DNA of 64,000 bases from Gemmatimonadaceae bacterium (GTDB lineage Bacteria; Gemmatimonadota; Gemmatimonadetes; Gemmatimonadales; Gemmatimonadaceae), in contig JACDDT010000005.1 of assembly GCA_013816855.1 (NCBI GenBank), forward strand, positions 2,345-66,344, given 5' to 3'. Below are positions 1-8,876 of this stretch, one piece after another (position 1 is the first letter of the stretch; each line of letters begins with the position of its first letter). Under the pieces are notes generated by a model. That model made no database searches and was not told where the DNA came from. It was given only the letters and a program-made list of their open reading frames with translations. The translations under genes were made by a program, and so were the position numbers.

Positions 1-35
1 TTCGTTTCCCGCCGACGCCGAATGTTCCCGTAGGA

Positions 36-2876
36 GTGACCAAGCTGCTGCCCGCTGACTGGGACCAGCTTTCGGCGATAATTGACGCCGCGCTCGATGC
101 CGCGCCGGCCCAACGCTCATCCATTCTTCGGGACGCAAGCGGCGGCGACGAAGTTCGTCGCGCACAACTCGAGCAAATGCTTGCCGATTGTGAACGCGAC
201 ACGGCGTTCCTCGATCGTCCTGCAGCCGAACGTTTCTCAGAGCTGTTCGACGAAAACGATGAGATTCCGATTCCGGAATCGCTTGGCGGACGTTACCGCA
301 TCGAGCGCGAAATTGGGCGTGGCGGCATGGCGCGGGTATACCTCGCGCAGGACGAAAAGCATTCACGTCAGGTCGCAGTCAAGGTAATCCGGCCGGACCT
401 TGCTGCTTCGCTGGGACACGACCGTTTTCTCCGCGAAATCGGCATTGCCGCACGGCTGCGGCATCCGAACATCATGCCCCTCTTTGATTCCGGTGACGCC
501 GACGGAATCCTCTTCTTCGTCATGCCTTTCGAGGAGGGACAATCCCTGCGCTCACGTCTCGACGGCGAAAATCCGCTGAGTGCTGCCGAACGATTGGCCA
601 CGCTCCGGGATGTTGCACGAGCACTTGCGTACGCGCACGACCAGGGAATCGTTCACCGCGACATAAAGCCTGATAACGTACTCCTCTCCGGGGGCGCGGC
701 AGTCGTCACTGATTTCGGAATCTCGAAAGCGCTGACGGCGGCACAAGGCACGGCTTCCACTGGCACACTGACAAACGCCGGCGCCGGAATTGGAACTCCC
801 GCTTACATGGCACCCGAACAGGCGCTCGGCGATCCGTCTACTGACCGGCGGGCGGATATTTATTCCTTCGGGTGCCTGGCCTATGAAGTGTTCACGGGAC
901 ATCCGCCGTTTCACGGTATGTCGGCGCATGCAACGATCGCCGCGCATGTATCGACTACGCCAGTGCCAATCGCCGACGGTGCAGCCGATGTTCCCGCACG
1001 CGTTGCAATCGTGATAATGCAGTGTCTCGAAAAAATGCCTGAGGCACGGCCGCAAACTGCGCACGAAATCCTCGATCGTCTGGAATCGGCCACTGTCGAC
1101 GGCTACGCGCTACCAGTGCGTGCGGTATCGCCACGCAAACGCATGCTGATCGGTGCAGCCGTTGCAGCCGTTGCTGTAATTGGTGGCATCGTTGCAGCGA
1201 CTAAACTGCTAACCCCTGTGCGTGCACTTTCACTGGGGACATCCACACCCCTGACGGTGGAGGAAGGACTTCAGATCGAAGCCGACATCTCTCCGAATGG
1301 GCGGCTCGTTGCGTACGCGAAGGGGAACTCCAACAAGCTTCGCATCTTCGTACAGAAAATCGGTGGTGGAACTCCATGGCCGCTTTCGCCGGACTCGGAC
1401 GCTGTGGAGCAGATGCCTCGCTGGTCGCCGGACAATGACCAGCTCGTTTTTCTTGCCCGCAACAATGCTTATGTGTCGCCCTCGCTCGGTGGCGTGACAC
1501 GAATGATCGCGAGAGGAAGCGCGGGTGACGGGAGGATTAGATCTGCGTCGTGGTCACCGGCGGGAGATTCACTTGCGATCGTCCGGAATGATTCACTCTT
1601 GGTAAAGCCATCGGAAGGTTCGGGCGGCCGCTTCGTGGGGCGCGGCACTCAGTTGCACTCCTGTGTGTGGTCGCCTGCCGGAAAGTGGATCGCCTGCGTT
1701 TCCGGAAACGTGCTCGCACAGGATCCCGGACCTCTATTTCAAAACCAGGCGCCCACCGCGATACTGGTGTTCCCCGCATCTGGAGGAGCAGCCATCGATG
1801 TTACCGGCAATCGCTTCGAGAACACCGGCCCCGCGTGGTCAGCGGACGGAAAGCTTCTTTGGATTCTGTCCAATCGGGAAGGAACATCGGGGGAGGCCTA
1901 TGCCATCGCAATCGGACGCGATGGACACGCGTCTGGAGCCGCTGTGCGTGTTGGATTGAGCGCGGAATCCATAAGCATGTCGAACAATCGCATAGCTTAC
2001 TCCGTCCCCAGCAGATCAGCAAATATCTGGAGGATTCCAATACCGCGCGGACAGGCCGTATCAACGGCGGCTGCGCAACAGCTCACCTTCGGCAATCAGG
2101 TGATCGAAATCATCAGTGTATCGCGAGACAATCGCTGGCTGGTATTCGACAGCAATTTGCGCGGAAACGCGGACATCTACCGGATGAAGCCGACCGGAGG
2201 CGCAGCTGAGCGTTTAACCGAGGATCCGAACCCAGAGTACACTGGGGAGCTTTCACCGAATAATCGCGAACTTGCATGGCATCGCTGGTTGAACGGAGAG
2301 CGCCACCTCTTTGTGAAAAGCCTCGATAAAGAATCTGAGCAGCAGATATTGCCACATCCTGGGGAACAGACCAGCCCACGGTGGTCGCCCGATGGCACCG
2401 CGATCGCGATATGGAGCCATCAGGACAACGGGGCTGTATTGGTGGTGCGGCGCGGTGCGGACGGCAAGTGGGACAAGAAGGAACGCCAACTGGCAAACGG
2501 GCGGCTTCCGGTCTGGTCGCCAGACGGACGAACGATTGCTTTCGTCCGAATCGATGGAAGCGTTCACGCCATTCCTTCCGACTCCGGCACCGTTCGGACG
2601 CTTTATACGCCACGCCCGCGAAGCCGGGATCCGATCGCCACTTACCTCTTGTGGCGGAACCCGAATACAATATGGCTGATCGGTGACGACGCTTCGGGAC
2701 ACGGCGGAATCTGGGAGTTGGCGCTAGGAACGCAGGCGCTCCGTTTGCTGGTGCGATTCGATCTTCGGCCGGGACAAGCATACGGCCCTGCCTTCGCTAC
2801 GGACGATAACAATATCTTTTTCACGTTAACGGAAAAACTGTCGAACCTCCGGTGGGCCGAGCTCGTGAAGAACTAG
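36..2876 (+). CDS. Membrane Ser/Thr protein kinase (Hanks type) with C-terminal TolB/PD40-like beta-propeller
   Basis: IGRGGMARVYLA, VAVK, HRDIKPDN, DFG and GTPAYMAPEQ motifs; one TM helix (MLIGAAVAAVAVIGGIVAA); repeated xWSPDG/xSPNG motifs; N-terminal helical extension typical of ECF-linked kinases. Confidence 0.93.
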   Translation: MTKLLPADWDQLSAIIDAALDAAPAQRSSILRDASGGDEVRRAQLEQMLADCERDTAFLDRPAAERFSELFDENDEIPIPESLGGRYRIEREIGRGGMARVYLAQDEKHSRQVAVKVIRPDLAASLGHDRFLREIGIAARLRHPNIMPLFDSGDADGILFFVMPFEEGQSLRSRLDGENPLSAAERLATLRDVARALAYAHDQGIVHRDIKPDNVLLSGGAAVVTDFGISKALTAAQGTASTGTLTNAGAGIGTPAYMAPEQALGDPSTDRRADIYSFGCLAYEVFTGHPPFHGMSAHATIAAHVSTTPVPIADGAADVPARVAIVIMQCLEKMPEARPQTAHEILDRLESATVDGYALPVRAVSPRKRMLIGAAVAAVAVIGGIVAATKLLTPVRALSLGTSTPLTVEEGLQIEADISPNGRLVAYAKGNSNKLRIFVQKIGGGTPWPLSPDSDAVEQMPRWSPDNDQLVFLARNNAYVSPSLGGVTRMIARGSAGDGRIRSASWSPAGDSLAIVRNDSLLVKPSEGSGGRFVGRGTQLHSCVWSPAGKWIACVSGNVLAQDPGPLFQNQAPTAILVFPASGGAAIDVTGNRFENTGPAWSADGKLLWILSNREGTSGEAYAIAIGRDGHASGAAVRVGLSAESISMSNNRIAYSVPSRSANIWRIPIPRGQAVSTAAAQQLTFGNQVIEIISVSRDNRWLVFDSNLRGNADIYRMKPTGGAAERLTEDPNPEYTGELSPNNRELAWHRWLNGERHLFVKSLDKESEQQILPHPGEQTSPRWSPDGTAIAIWSHQDNGAVLVVRRGADGKWDKKERQLANGRLPVWSPDGRTIAFVRIDGSVHAIPSDSGTVRTLYTPRPRSRDPIATYLLWRNPNTIWLIGDDASGHGGIWELALGTQALRLLVRFDLRPGQAYGPAFATDDNNIFFTLTEKLSNLRWAELVKN

Positions 2877-2880
2877 CCGC

Positions 2881-3450
2881 ATGCAAGACGACTCAGCGAT
2901 CAGGCCAGACGACCGTTTAACGGGGGATGTCCCGATTCGGGATCACGCGATTCTGGATCAGCTGATTTCACTCGTGTACGACCAGCTACGCGCTATCGCC
3001 CACCGCCAGCTGGCGGGTGGCGAACAAGGCGCAACGCTTTCGACGACTGCGCTCGTGCACGAAGCCTACCTGAAGCTCGCCGATCAATCGCGGGTTGCAT
3101 GGCGGGACGATCCGCATTTCTTCGCGTTGGTGTCTTTAGCGATGCGCCATGTGCTGGTGGATCGTGCACGTGCACGTCTCGCACAAAAAAGGGGTGGCGT
3201 GGCCCGCGCGGTGACATTGGACGAAGGGCACATCGCAAGCGAAGACCAGCCGCAGGCCCTGCTTAACATCAATGATGCTCTTGAAAAACTTGCAGCCATC
3301 GAGCCACGGCTCGCCAAAGTAGTGGAGTGTCGTTTTTTTGGCGGACTGTCCGAAGACGAAACCGCGCAGGCACTCGGCGTGACTGCGCGGACCGTCCAGC
3401 GCGACTGGGCAAAGGCGAGAATGCTCCTCCGTCGCGCGCTCGTGGAATAG
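2881..3450 (+). CDS. ECF-type RNA polymerase sigma factor, kinase-associated (TIGR02999-like)
   Basis: VYDQLRAIAHRQL, STTALVHEAYLKL and region 4 VECRFFGGLSEDETAQALGVTARTVQRDWAKAR; starts 4 nt after the kinase stop. Confidence 0.92.
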   Translation: MQDDSAIRPDDRLTGDVPIRDHAILDQLISLVYDQLRAIAHRQLAGGEQGATLSTTALVHEAYLKLADQSRVAWRDDPHFFALVSLAMRHVLVDRARARLAQKRGGVARAVTLDEGHIASEDQPQALLNINDALEKLAAIEPRLAKVVECRFFGGLSEDETAQALGVTARTVQRDWAKARMLLRRALVE

Positions 3451-3455
3451 AAAAT

Positions 3456-4841
3456 CTATTTTAGCGTCAGTCGGTATTCTGCCGAGTCATAGTTCTCACT
3501 TGTCACGCGCACCGTGTAGAATCCCTCCACCGGCGCAACAAAGGAAATCGTACTGACGTAGAATCGGTTTGAAGCATCGGGATAAGCGGCAATTTCTCCG
3601 CGCGCGTTCAGTAGCACCAGATAATGATTGCTGTAGGAAAGATCAGCGACCTCTGCCGAAAGCTGGTCGCCAGCGCTGAGATGAACCTTGAACTGATCGG
3701 AGGAATTAACGTCATCCTCCCGGCAATCGGTCGACTCGGTTACCTGGTACGTACTCGTTTCACGGGCAGCGAAGGTCGTCTCGCAACCTGTGGTAACTGC
3801 GGATGCAGTTGTCACGGACAGCTGGTACGATCCTGTGACGCGTGGCAGCTTCGAGGACACGATTAGCGTGTATAGTCCCGGCGGAAGAATTGTTTTGATT
3901 TTCTGCTCCACCGTTCCCGCATCTCCAATGCTGCTGGCAACCAAGCCTGTCCCGCGAATTTCCATGTAGGTATCGAATTTCGGCGAGGCCACGCTGAAGA
4001 CGTGCGCGGGGGCACTCAGGAGGACCACAAATTTCTCGTAGTAGACTCCATCGGCCGTGACGCAGCTTCCGGATGACAGTGACTCGGCGTAACGAATTTC
4101 TGGAGAAATCGTTCGGGAATTGGAGCAGCCATAGGAATCAACTAGCGCTATCGCAGTGAATGTCTGTGGATCGAGCCCTTCCGGCGTAGCAATCATGGTT
4201 TGAGTGCGGCTCTCGCCGAGGACCCAGCTTCCGAGAGTGGCCACCCCGGAGGAATCAGAAACGACGGTCGCATTGCTCACAAACCCGCCACCACTGGCAA
4301 CAGCAAACACGACTTTTACGCCCGCCACTGCGTTGCCGTAGGAATCGCTGATTCTTACCTGTGGGCGCACGGAGATCTCGGTTCCTGCACTCGCGCTTTG
4401 ATTGTCGCCGGAATACTTACTGGAACGCGCCGGCGCATCTGCGATCCCCCAGGCTGAAAACAGAATCTTTTCCTGATCATTTAGCCGCGCGCTCAGGACG
4501 TTAGTCCCCGAGACGAGACCCACCCTCCAGCTGCCGACGCGCGCAACACCGTCTACATCGGTCGTGTCGTAAATGCCTGTGGCGGTCCCGCCTCCCTGCT
4601 CGATAGCGAAGACAACAGGAACACCCTTGACCGGCCTGCCGTCCGTGTCGCGGACAATTACAGACGGCAGCTCGCCAACGTCATGGTTCACGACCGCAGC
4701 GAGCGAGGTCGCCGAGGCTGCAGTTATGACGTTGTTTTTCTGTGTAATTGGATTCGGGGCGGACGTGTCAGTGCAAGCGGAAAAGAGCGCGTTACACGCC
4801 AGTAGCGCCAGAATCGTCGGTAGTGAATTTTGTGGAAGCAT
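3456..4841 (-). CDS. Lipoprotein with two Ig-like (Big_1/invasin-like) repeats and two PPC-like beta domains
   Basis: Lipobox FSAC; repeated VxVxDxxGxPVxGVxVVFA...GGG...TxxxGVAxxGSW motif; C-terminal D-x-F/Y-L-x-L...G-x-Y-x-L-x-V repeats; GGAG RBS. Confidence 0.7.
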   Translation of the reverse strand: MLPQNSLPTILALLACNALFSACTDTSAPNPITQKNNVITAASATSLAAVVNHDVGELPSVIVRDTDGRPVKGVPVVFAIEQGGGTATGIYDTTDVDGVARVGSWRVGLVSGTNVLSARLNDQEKILFSAWGIADAPARSSKYSGDNQSASAGTEISVRPQVRISDSYGNAVAGVKVVFAVASGGGFVSNATVVSDSSGVATLGSWVLGESRTQTMIATPEGLDPQTFTAIALVDSYGCSNSRTISPEIRYAESLSSGSCVTADGVYYEKFVVLLSAPAHVFSVASPKFDTYMEIRGTGLVASSIGDAGTVEQKIKTILPPGLYTLIVSSKLPRVTGSYQLSVTTASAVTTGCETTFAARETSTYQVTESTDCREDDVNSSDQFKVHLSAGDQLSAEVADLSYSNHYLVLLNARGEIAAYPDASNRFYVSTISFVAPVEGFYTVRVTSENYDSAEYRLTLK

Positions 4842-4950
4842 GGTAACTCCGGAAGGTGTTGTCCCTGCTTCACAACACGAAAAGACCCGGAGAAACCCGA
4901 CATCGCGGGGCTAGTGATCCCCGCAAGGCGGCCAGAATTAAACTACAACG
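4839..4950 (-). repeat. Copy 1 of duplicated ~105-nt leader (ECF-like promoter, hairpins, RBS, ATG)
   Basis: Core 4885-4916 is 30/32 identical to 6056-6087; similarity continues through GACAACAC and TCCGGAGT to an ATG. Confidence 0.85.
4876..4902 (-). promoter_or_regulatory. Putative ECF sigma promoter TGTCGG-N17-CGTG
   Basis: Same elements and identical 17-nt spacer in both leader copies; adjacent ECF gene. Confidence 0.5.
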
Positions 4951-4979
4951 CCGAACTTTTCCTCAATGAAAGTTCGGCG
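4949..4979 (-). terminator. Probable intrinsic terminator after 5008..5946
   Basis: Perfect 11-bp stem CGCCGAACTTT/AAAGTTCGGCG followed on the minus strand by TTGTAGTTT. Confidence 0.6.
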
Positions 4980-5007
4980 GGCTCCACCAACTTCGAAATC
5001 GGGTGGA

Positions 5008-5946
5008 CTATTGCCCGTGCGGAAACACCCGGCGAAGCGTGATGTTCACACGGTAGCCTTCGGGGCGATTGCGTGCCATGGTTTCCAAATCAACATTCGC
5101 GAATGCGCTCCAGAAGCCCGACGACAGTTGCACTCCCGGTCCAAACGCCACGACGCGTTCCTTGGAATTCGGGATCGAGTTAATACCGAGACGGTGTTCG
5201 GTGAGCTGCTGGAGCACATAGCCGTTCAGTCCGAGGCGAAGCGCCGGAGACATTTCATACGATATTGCATAGTTCGCGTGGACCGCCTGACCGGCTTGGG
5301 TGCTGCCAACCGCAAGCAGAGTAAATGGTGTCGAGTTTTTCGCGTTCCACCGGTAATCGATCCTCCAACTGGTCTCGATTTTCGAGGTCGGAAATATCGT
5401 AAACGCATAGTACGCGAAGGCGCCTCCCGCATTGCTGCCCACGTTGACCGCGCGGGCAGCGGAATAGCTGCCAGTCGGAAGCTCGAAAAGAATCGAAAAA
5501 CGCGAAAAGTATTTTTTGCCGCCCAGACTTTTGCCGGGCCACTCCAGTATCAGTGGACTGACCAGAATATCCCCCGGTCCCGAATTCTTTCCTTTCGGTC
5601 CAAAATCAGTGTTCAAGTCAAGCGATGCGAAGGGAATGAGAAACTCGGCTCCGTAAAATCCGCCGAGTATCTGGTGGGTGGTGATGTGAGCGACGTGAAA
5701 AAGGTTTGCCCACGAATCCACCGAGTTGGCTCCAGGAATAGCGTTGCCTTTGGAGTCGATGAACTTCGACGCGTGATAATGTTCGATTATCACCGGCTCT
5801 AACAAAGAGCCCGGCCCTGCGACACCATCCAGGAAGCTCGTGCCACCCATGTTCACCGGGGGCATCACGACCTGTGCGGCGGCGGTGTGAATTGTAAATG
5901 TGAAAGCAAACGCCAGCGTGCGGAAAAACCGTGGGCTGTTATTCAT
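5008..5946 (-). CDS. Outer-membrane beta-barrel, SphA/phenol-degradation MetA-like transporter family
   Basis: Signal peptide ending AAAQ; N-terminal VNMGGTSFLDG, GDILVSPLILEW, PTGSY...VNVGSN motifs; alternating beta-strand pattern. Confidence 0.75.
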   Translation of the reverse strand: MNNSPRFFRTLAFAFTFTIHTAAAQVVMPPVNMGGTSFLDGVAGPGSLLEPVIIEHYHASKFIDSKGNAIPGANSVDSWANLFHVAHITTHQILGGFYGAEFLIPFASLDLNTDFGPKGKNSGPGDILVSPLILEWPGKSLGGKKYFSRFSILFELPTGSYSAARAVNVGSNAGGAFAYYAFTIFPTSKIETSWRIDYRWNAKNSTPFTLLAVGSTQAGQAVHANYAISYEMSPALRLGLNGYVLQQLTEHRLGINSIPNSKERVVAFGPGVQLSSGFWSAFANVDLETMARNRPEGYRVNITLRRVFPHGQ

Positions 5947-6007
5947 TTTCGGTTCTCACAGTGAGGGGAGCTTCTTGCGCTCACAAGGTAGGGATTAGGT
6001 GACCAAT

Positions 6008-6111
6008 CATCCACTACTCCGGATAAGTGTTGTCTCTACGTGACAACGCGTAAAAACCCGGCGAAACCCGACATCGCGGGTCTAGTGCCCCGCTACAAGG
6101 TAGATACAACG
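6008..6111 (-). repeat. Copy 2 of duplicated ~105-nt leader
   Basis: See copy 1; ends in GGAG RBS plus ATG at 6010. Confidence 0.85.
6047..6073 (-). promoter_or_regulatory. Putative ECF sigma promoter TGTCGG-N17-CGCG
   Basis: Matches the copy 1 promoter with identical spacing. Confidence 0.5.
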
Positions 6112-6120
6112 TCGAAGTGC

Positions 6121-7773
6121 TCAAGCTATTCTCTCCTCAAACCCCCGCGCCGCGAACGTCATCGCCAGCACTAATAGTATGAGCAGCACGCTGTAAGCCG
6201 CAGCCGTCCCAAACGCCAGCGCTCGGAGCTGCGCGAGTATCTCCATCGAGATCGGCCGGTTCGCGTGTGTGAACAGCACCACGCTGGCGACGAACTCTCC
6301 CACTGCCGTCACCGCGGCCAGCAACGCGCCGGCCACTAGTCCCGGCTTCGCAGCGGGAATGATCACGCGCCACATCGTCAACAGCCACGATGCACCAAGC
6401 CCGCGTGCCGCATCTTCAAGCGACGGATCCATCTGCTTGAGCGAGCTCTCCACCGCCGAAGCAACGAGCGGAATGTCGCGGATGAAATACGCCAGCGGGA
6501 GAATCCAGAACGTGCCAACAAGCAGAACTCTGAGCGAGGCGATGTCGTTCCGGTTGAACGTCGCCGCCAAGCCAAGCGCGATCGCCGTAGCGGGAATCGC
6601 CCACGGCAGCGCCACGAGCAGCTCGAGCAGTTTTCGCCCGCTGAATCGTCTCAGCACGATGAGATAAGCTGCCAGAAAGCAGATCACCACATTTGCCGCA
6701 GTCGCGACGAGCGCCATCGAGACGCTGTTCACGATCGGTTTCCACAGTTCCGCCTCGGAGAAGAGCCGCCGATAATTGTCCAGCGTGTACTCGGGCGGTA
6801 GCACCTGCGTCGTCCACGCGCCGTCTCGTGCGAACGACACGAGCACGACCATTAGGTGCGGCAGCACGAGAAGAATCACGACGACGACCGCGCCAATCGC
6901 GGTCAGCGTTTGAAGCCCGCGCGATTTAATCTGCCTTCTCTGCCGGCTGCTCTTCGCCGACAGAGTGTATTTTCGTTTCCTGTCCAGCCACCGGAATAGC
7001 AGCAGTCCCGCGATCGCGCTGATCGCAAGCACCGTCGTCTCTACGTATGCGAGTCCCAGCGCGCCGTTGAGCTTCGACACAAGTATCTGCGTCGAGAGCA
7101 CTCTGATCCCGCCGCCGAAAACGTACGGCGCAGAAAATGACCCGAGCGCGTTCATAAATACGAGCAGCGCCGATCCCGCAATCGCCGGCATCAAGAGCGG
7201 CAGCGTCACACGCCTCAATCGCATCCATCCGCTCGCGCCGAGCCCGGAGGCGGCTTCGTCGAGCGTGGAGTCGAATCGCTCGAGCCCCGCCGAGACGAAG
7301 AGGAAGACGTACACGTACATCGTGTAGGCGTGGACGAAGATGATTGCCGGAACTCCACTGAGACGCCACGGCGCTTCCGGCATCGAGAATACGTGCTGCA
7401 CGGAGCGGGTGACTACTCCGCTTTCACCGTAGAGAAACAGAAACGCAATTACGCCGACCAGTGGCGGGAGCGCGGCGGGAAGCGCGGCTACGGCGCGAAG
7501 CACCTTTCGCCCGGGGAACTCAAATCTTCCCAGCAAAAACGCGAGCGGCACTCCGATCGCCAACGCGGCGACGACCGAGGCAAACGAGATGACGATGCTG
7601 GTCGTGAGTGCTTCCCGGTCCGACGGGCTCGACGCGAACTCCCGCCAGTGCTCGAGACCGTTCTCGAAGCTTCCCGCGATGACCGATACGTTGGGATATA
7701 CCACCGTCCACAACAGCAGCGCGATGACCGGCGTCGCGATCAGCCACGTCTGCTTCCGGTTCTCGTCGTTCAT
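6121..7773 (-). CDS. ABC transporter permease, FbpB/AfuB-like, two membrane modules
   Basis: Two EAA loops (LDEAASGLGAS, LEDAARGLGAS); about 12 TM segments. Confidence 0.9.
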   Translation of the reverse strand: MNDENRKQTWLIATPVIALLLWTVVYPNVSVIAGSFENGLEHWREFASSPSDREALTTSIVISFASVVAALAIGVPLAFLLGRFEFPGRKVLRAVAALPAALPPLVGVIAFLFLYGESGVVTRSVQHVFSMPEAPWRLSGVPAIIFVHAYTMYVYVFLFVSAGLERFDSTLDEAASGLGASGWMRLRRVTLPLLMPAIAGSALLVFMNALGSFSAPYVFGGGIRVLSTQILVSKLNGALGLAYVETTVLAISAIAGLLLFRWLDRKRKYTLSAKSSRQRRQIKSRGLQTLTAIGAVVVVILLVLPHLMVVLVSFARDGAWTTQVLPPEYTLDNYRRLFSEAELWKPIVNSVSMALVATAANVVICFLAAYLIVLRRFSGRKLLELLVALPWAIPATAIALGLAATFNRNDIASLRVLLVGTFWILPLAYFIRDIPLVASAVESSLKQMDPSLEDAARGLGASWLLTMWRVIIPAAKPGLVAGALLAAVTAVGEFVASVVLFTHANRPISMEILAQLRALAFGTAAAYSVLLILLVLAMTFAARGFEERIA

Positions 7774-8837
7774 CCGTCTATGACGGCGACCGCCTTCTCA
7801 CCCGGTACGAGCATCACAGAATCATTTTCGTGATAAGAATGATTCTTGGATTCGACTTCTACAACAGCTCCGTCGCCGAGCCGCACGCGATACATCACGA
7901 GAGAGCCGGTGAATCTCCGCTCCGAGATTTTTCCGCTCAGCCCCTTCGCGCCATTCTCGGCGATCCGCAGCGAATGCGGGCGGAGGACAATGGCCGATTG
8001 TCCCCTTGGCGGCTGCGCACCCGGAGCGTGCGTCGCCTGAAAGAGAATGCTCTGCTCGCCGACCCTCAGCACCGCTGCGGATTCTGTCACCTGCGCGGGC
8101 ACGATCACCGCACGCCCGATGAAGCTCGCCACATCCCGGCTCAGCGGACAGTTGTACAGCTCTTCAGGAGTCCCCGTTTGGAGAAGTTTTCCCTGTTTCA
8201 GTAGGGCGATGCGATCCGCGACCGCGAACGCATCTTCCTGATCGTGGGTCACGAAAAGCGCCGGCACTCCCGCGCTATGCAGCTGCGCGCGCAGATCCTC
8301 GCGCGTTGTCTGCCGCAAAGTCGGATCGAGATTCGACAGCGGCTCATCGAGGAGGAGCGCTTTCGGCTCGATGACGAGGGCGCGCGCCAGCGCGACCCGC
8401 TGCTGCTCGCCGCCGGAGAGATTCTGTACCGCGCGATCGGCTCGGCCCTCCAGCCCGACGCTCGCGAGAACCTCCCGCGCTTTTGCAAGTCGCTCCGTTT
8501 TTCCTACCCCGCGCGCTTCCAATCCGAAGGCAACGTTCTCCACCACCGGCATCTGCGGAAATAGCGCGTAGTGCTGGAACACCATTCCAAAGCCGCGCTT
8601 CTGTGGCGGGAGGCGTGTGATGTCTGCGTCGCCGAGCAGGATCGATCCACTGTCGGGCGACTCGTACCCCGCGACGATGCGGAGCGTCGTCGTTTTCCCC
8701 GATCCCGACGCCCCGATTAGCGCGACCAGCTCGCCGGGGGCAACGGTTAGAGACACGTCGTCGACGGCGACATAATCGCCGAAGCGCTTTCCGATATTCC
8801 TGAGGGTGAGTGCCGCTGCCTGCGGAGCCTTGATCAT
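7770..8837 (-). CDS. ABC transporter ATP-binding subunit with TOBE domain (FbpC/PotA/AfuC-like)
   Basis: Walker A GASGSGKTT, signature LSGGEQQR, Walker B LLLDEP, H-loop VTHDQ. Confidence 0.93.
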   Translation of the reverse strand: MIKAPQAAALTLRNIGKRFGDYVAVDDVSLTVAPGELVALIGASGSGKTTTLRIVAGYESPDSGSILLGDADITRLPPQKRGFGMVFQHYALFPQMPVVENVAFGLEARGVGKTERLAKAREVLASVGLEGRADRAVQNLSGGEQQRVALARALVIEPKALLLDEPLSNLDPTLRQTTREDLRAQLHSAGVPALFVTHDQEDAFAVADRIALLKQGKLLQTGTPEELYNCPLSRDVASFIGRAVIVPAQVTESAAVLRVGEQSILFQATHAPGAQPPRGQSAIVLRPHSLRIAENGAKGLSGKISERRFTGSLVMYRVRLGDGAVVEVESKNHSYHENDSVMLVPGEKAVAVIDG

Positions 8838-8876
8838 CTCGCTCGAAATTACCCGATTCGAGCGGATACGACAGTC

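Noticed and set aside
6076-6092. Sigma54 promoter in leader copy 2 (GG-N10-GC)
   Set aside because: The spacing is not kept in copy 1 and the TGGCA/TTGC context is missing.
4885-6100. Known riboswitch (c-di-GMP, SAM, TPP, cobalamin) or IS direct repeats
   Set aside because: No diagnostic conserved cores, and the flanked gene is not a transposase.
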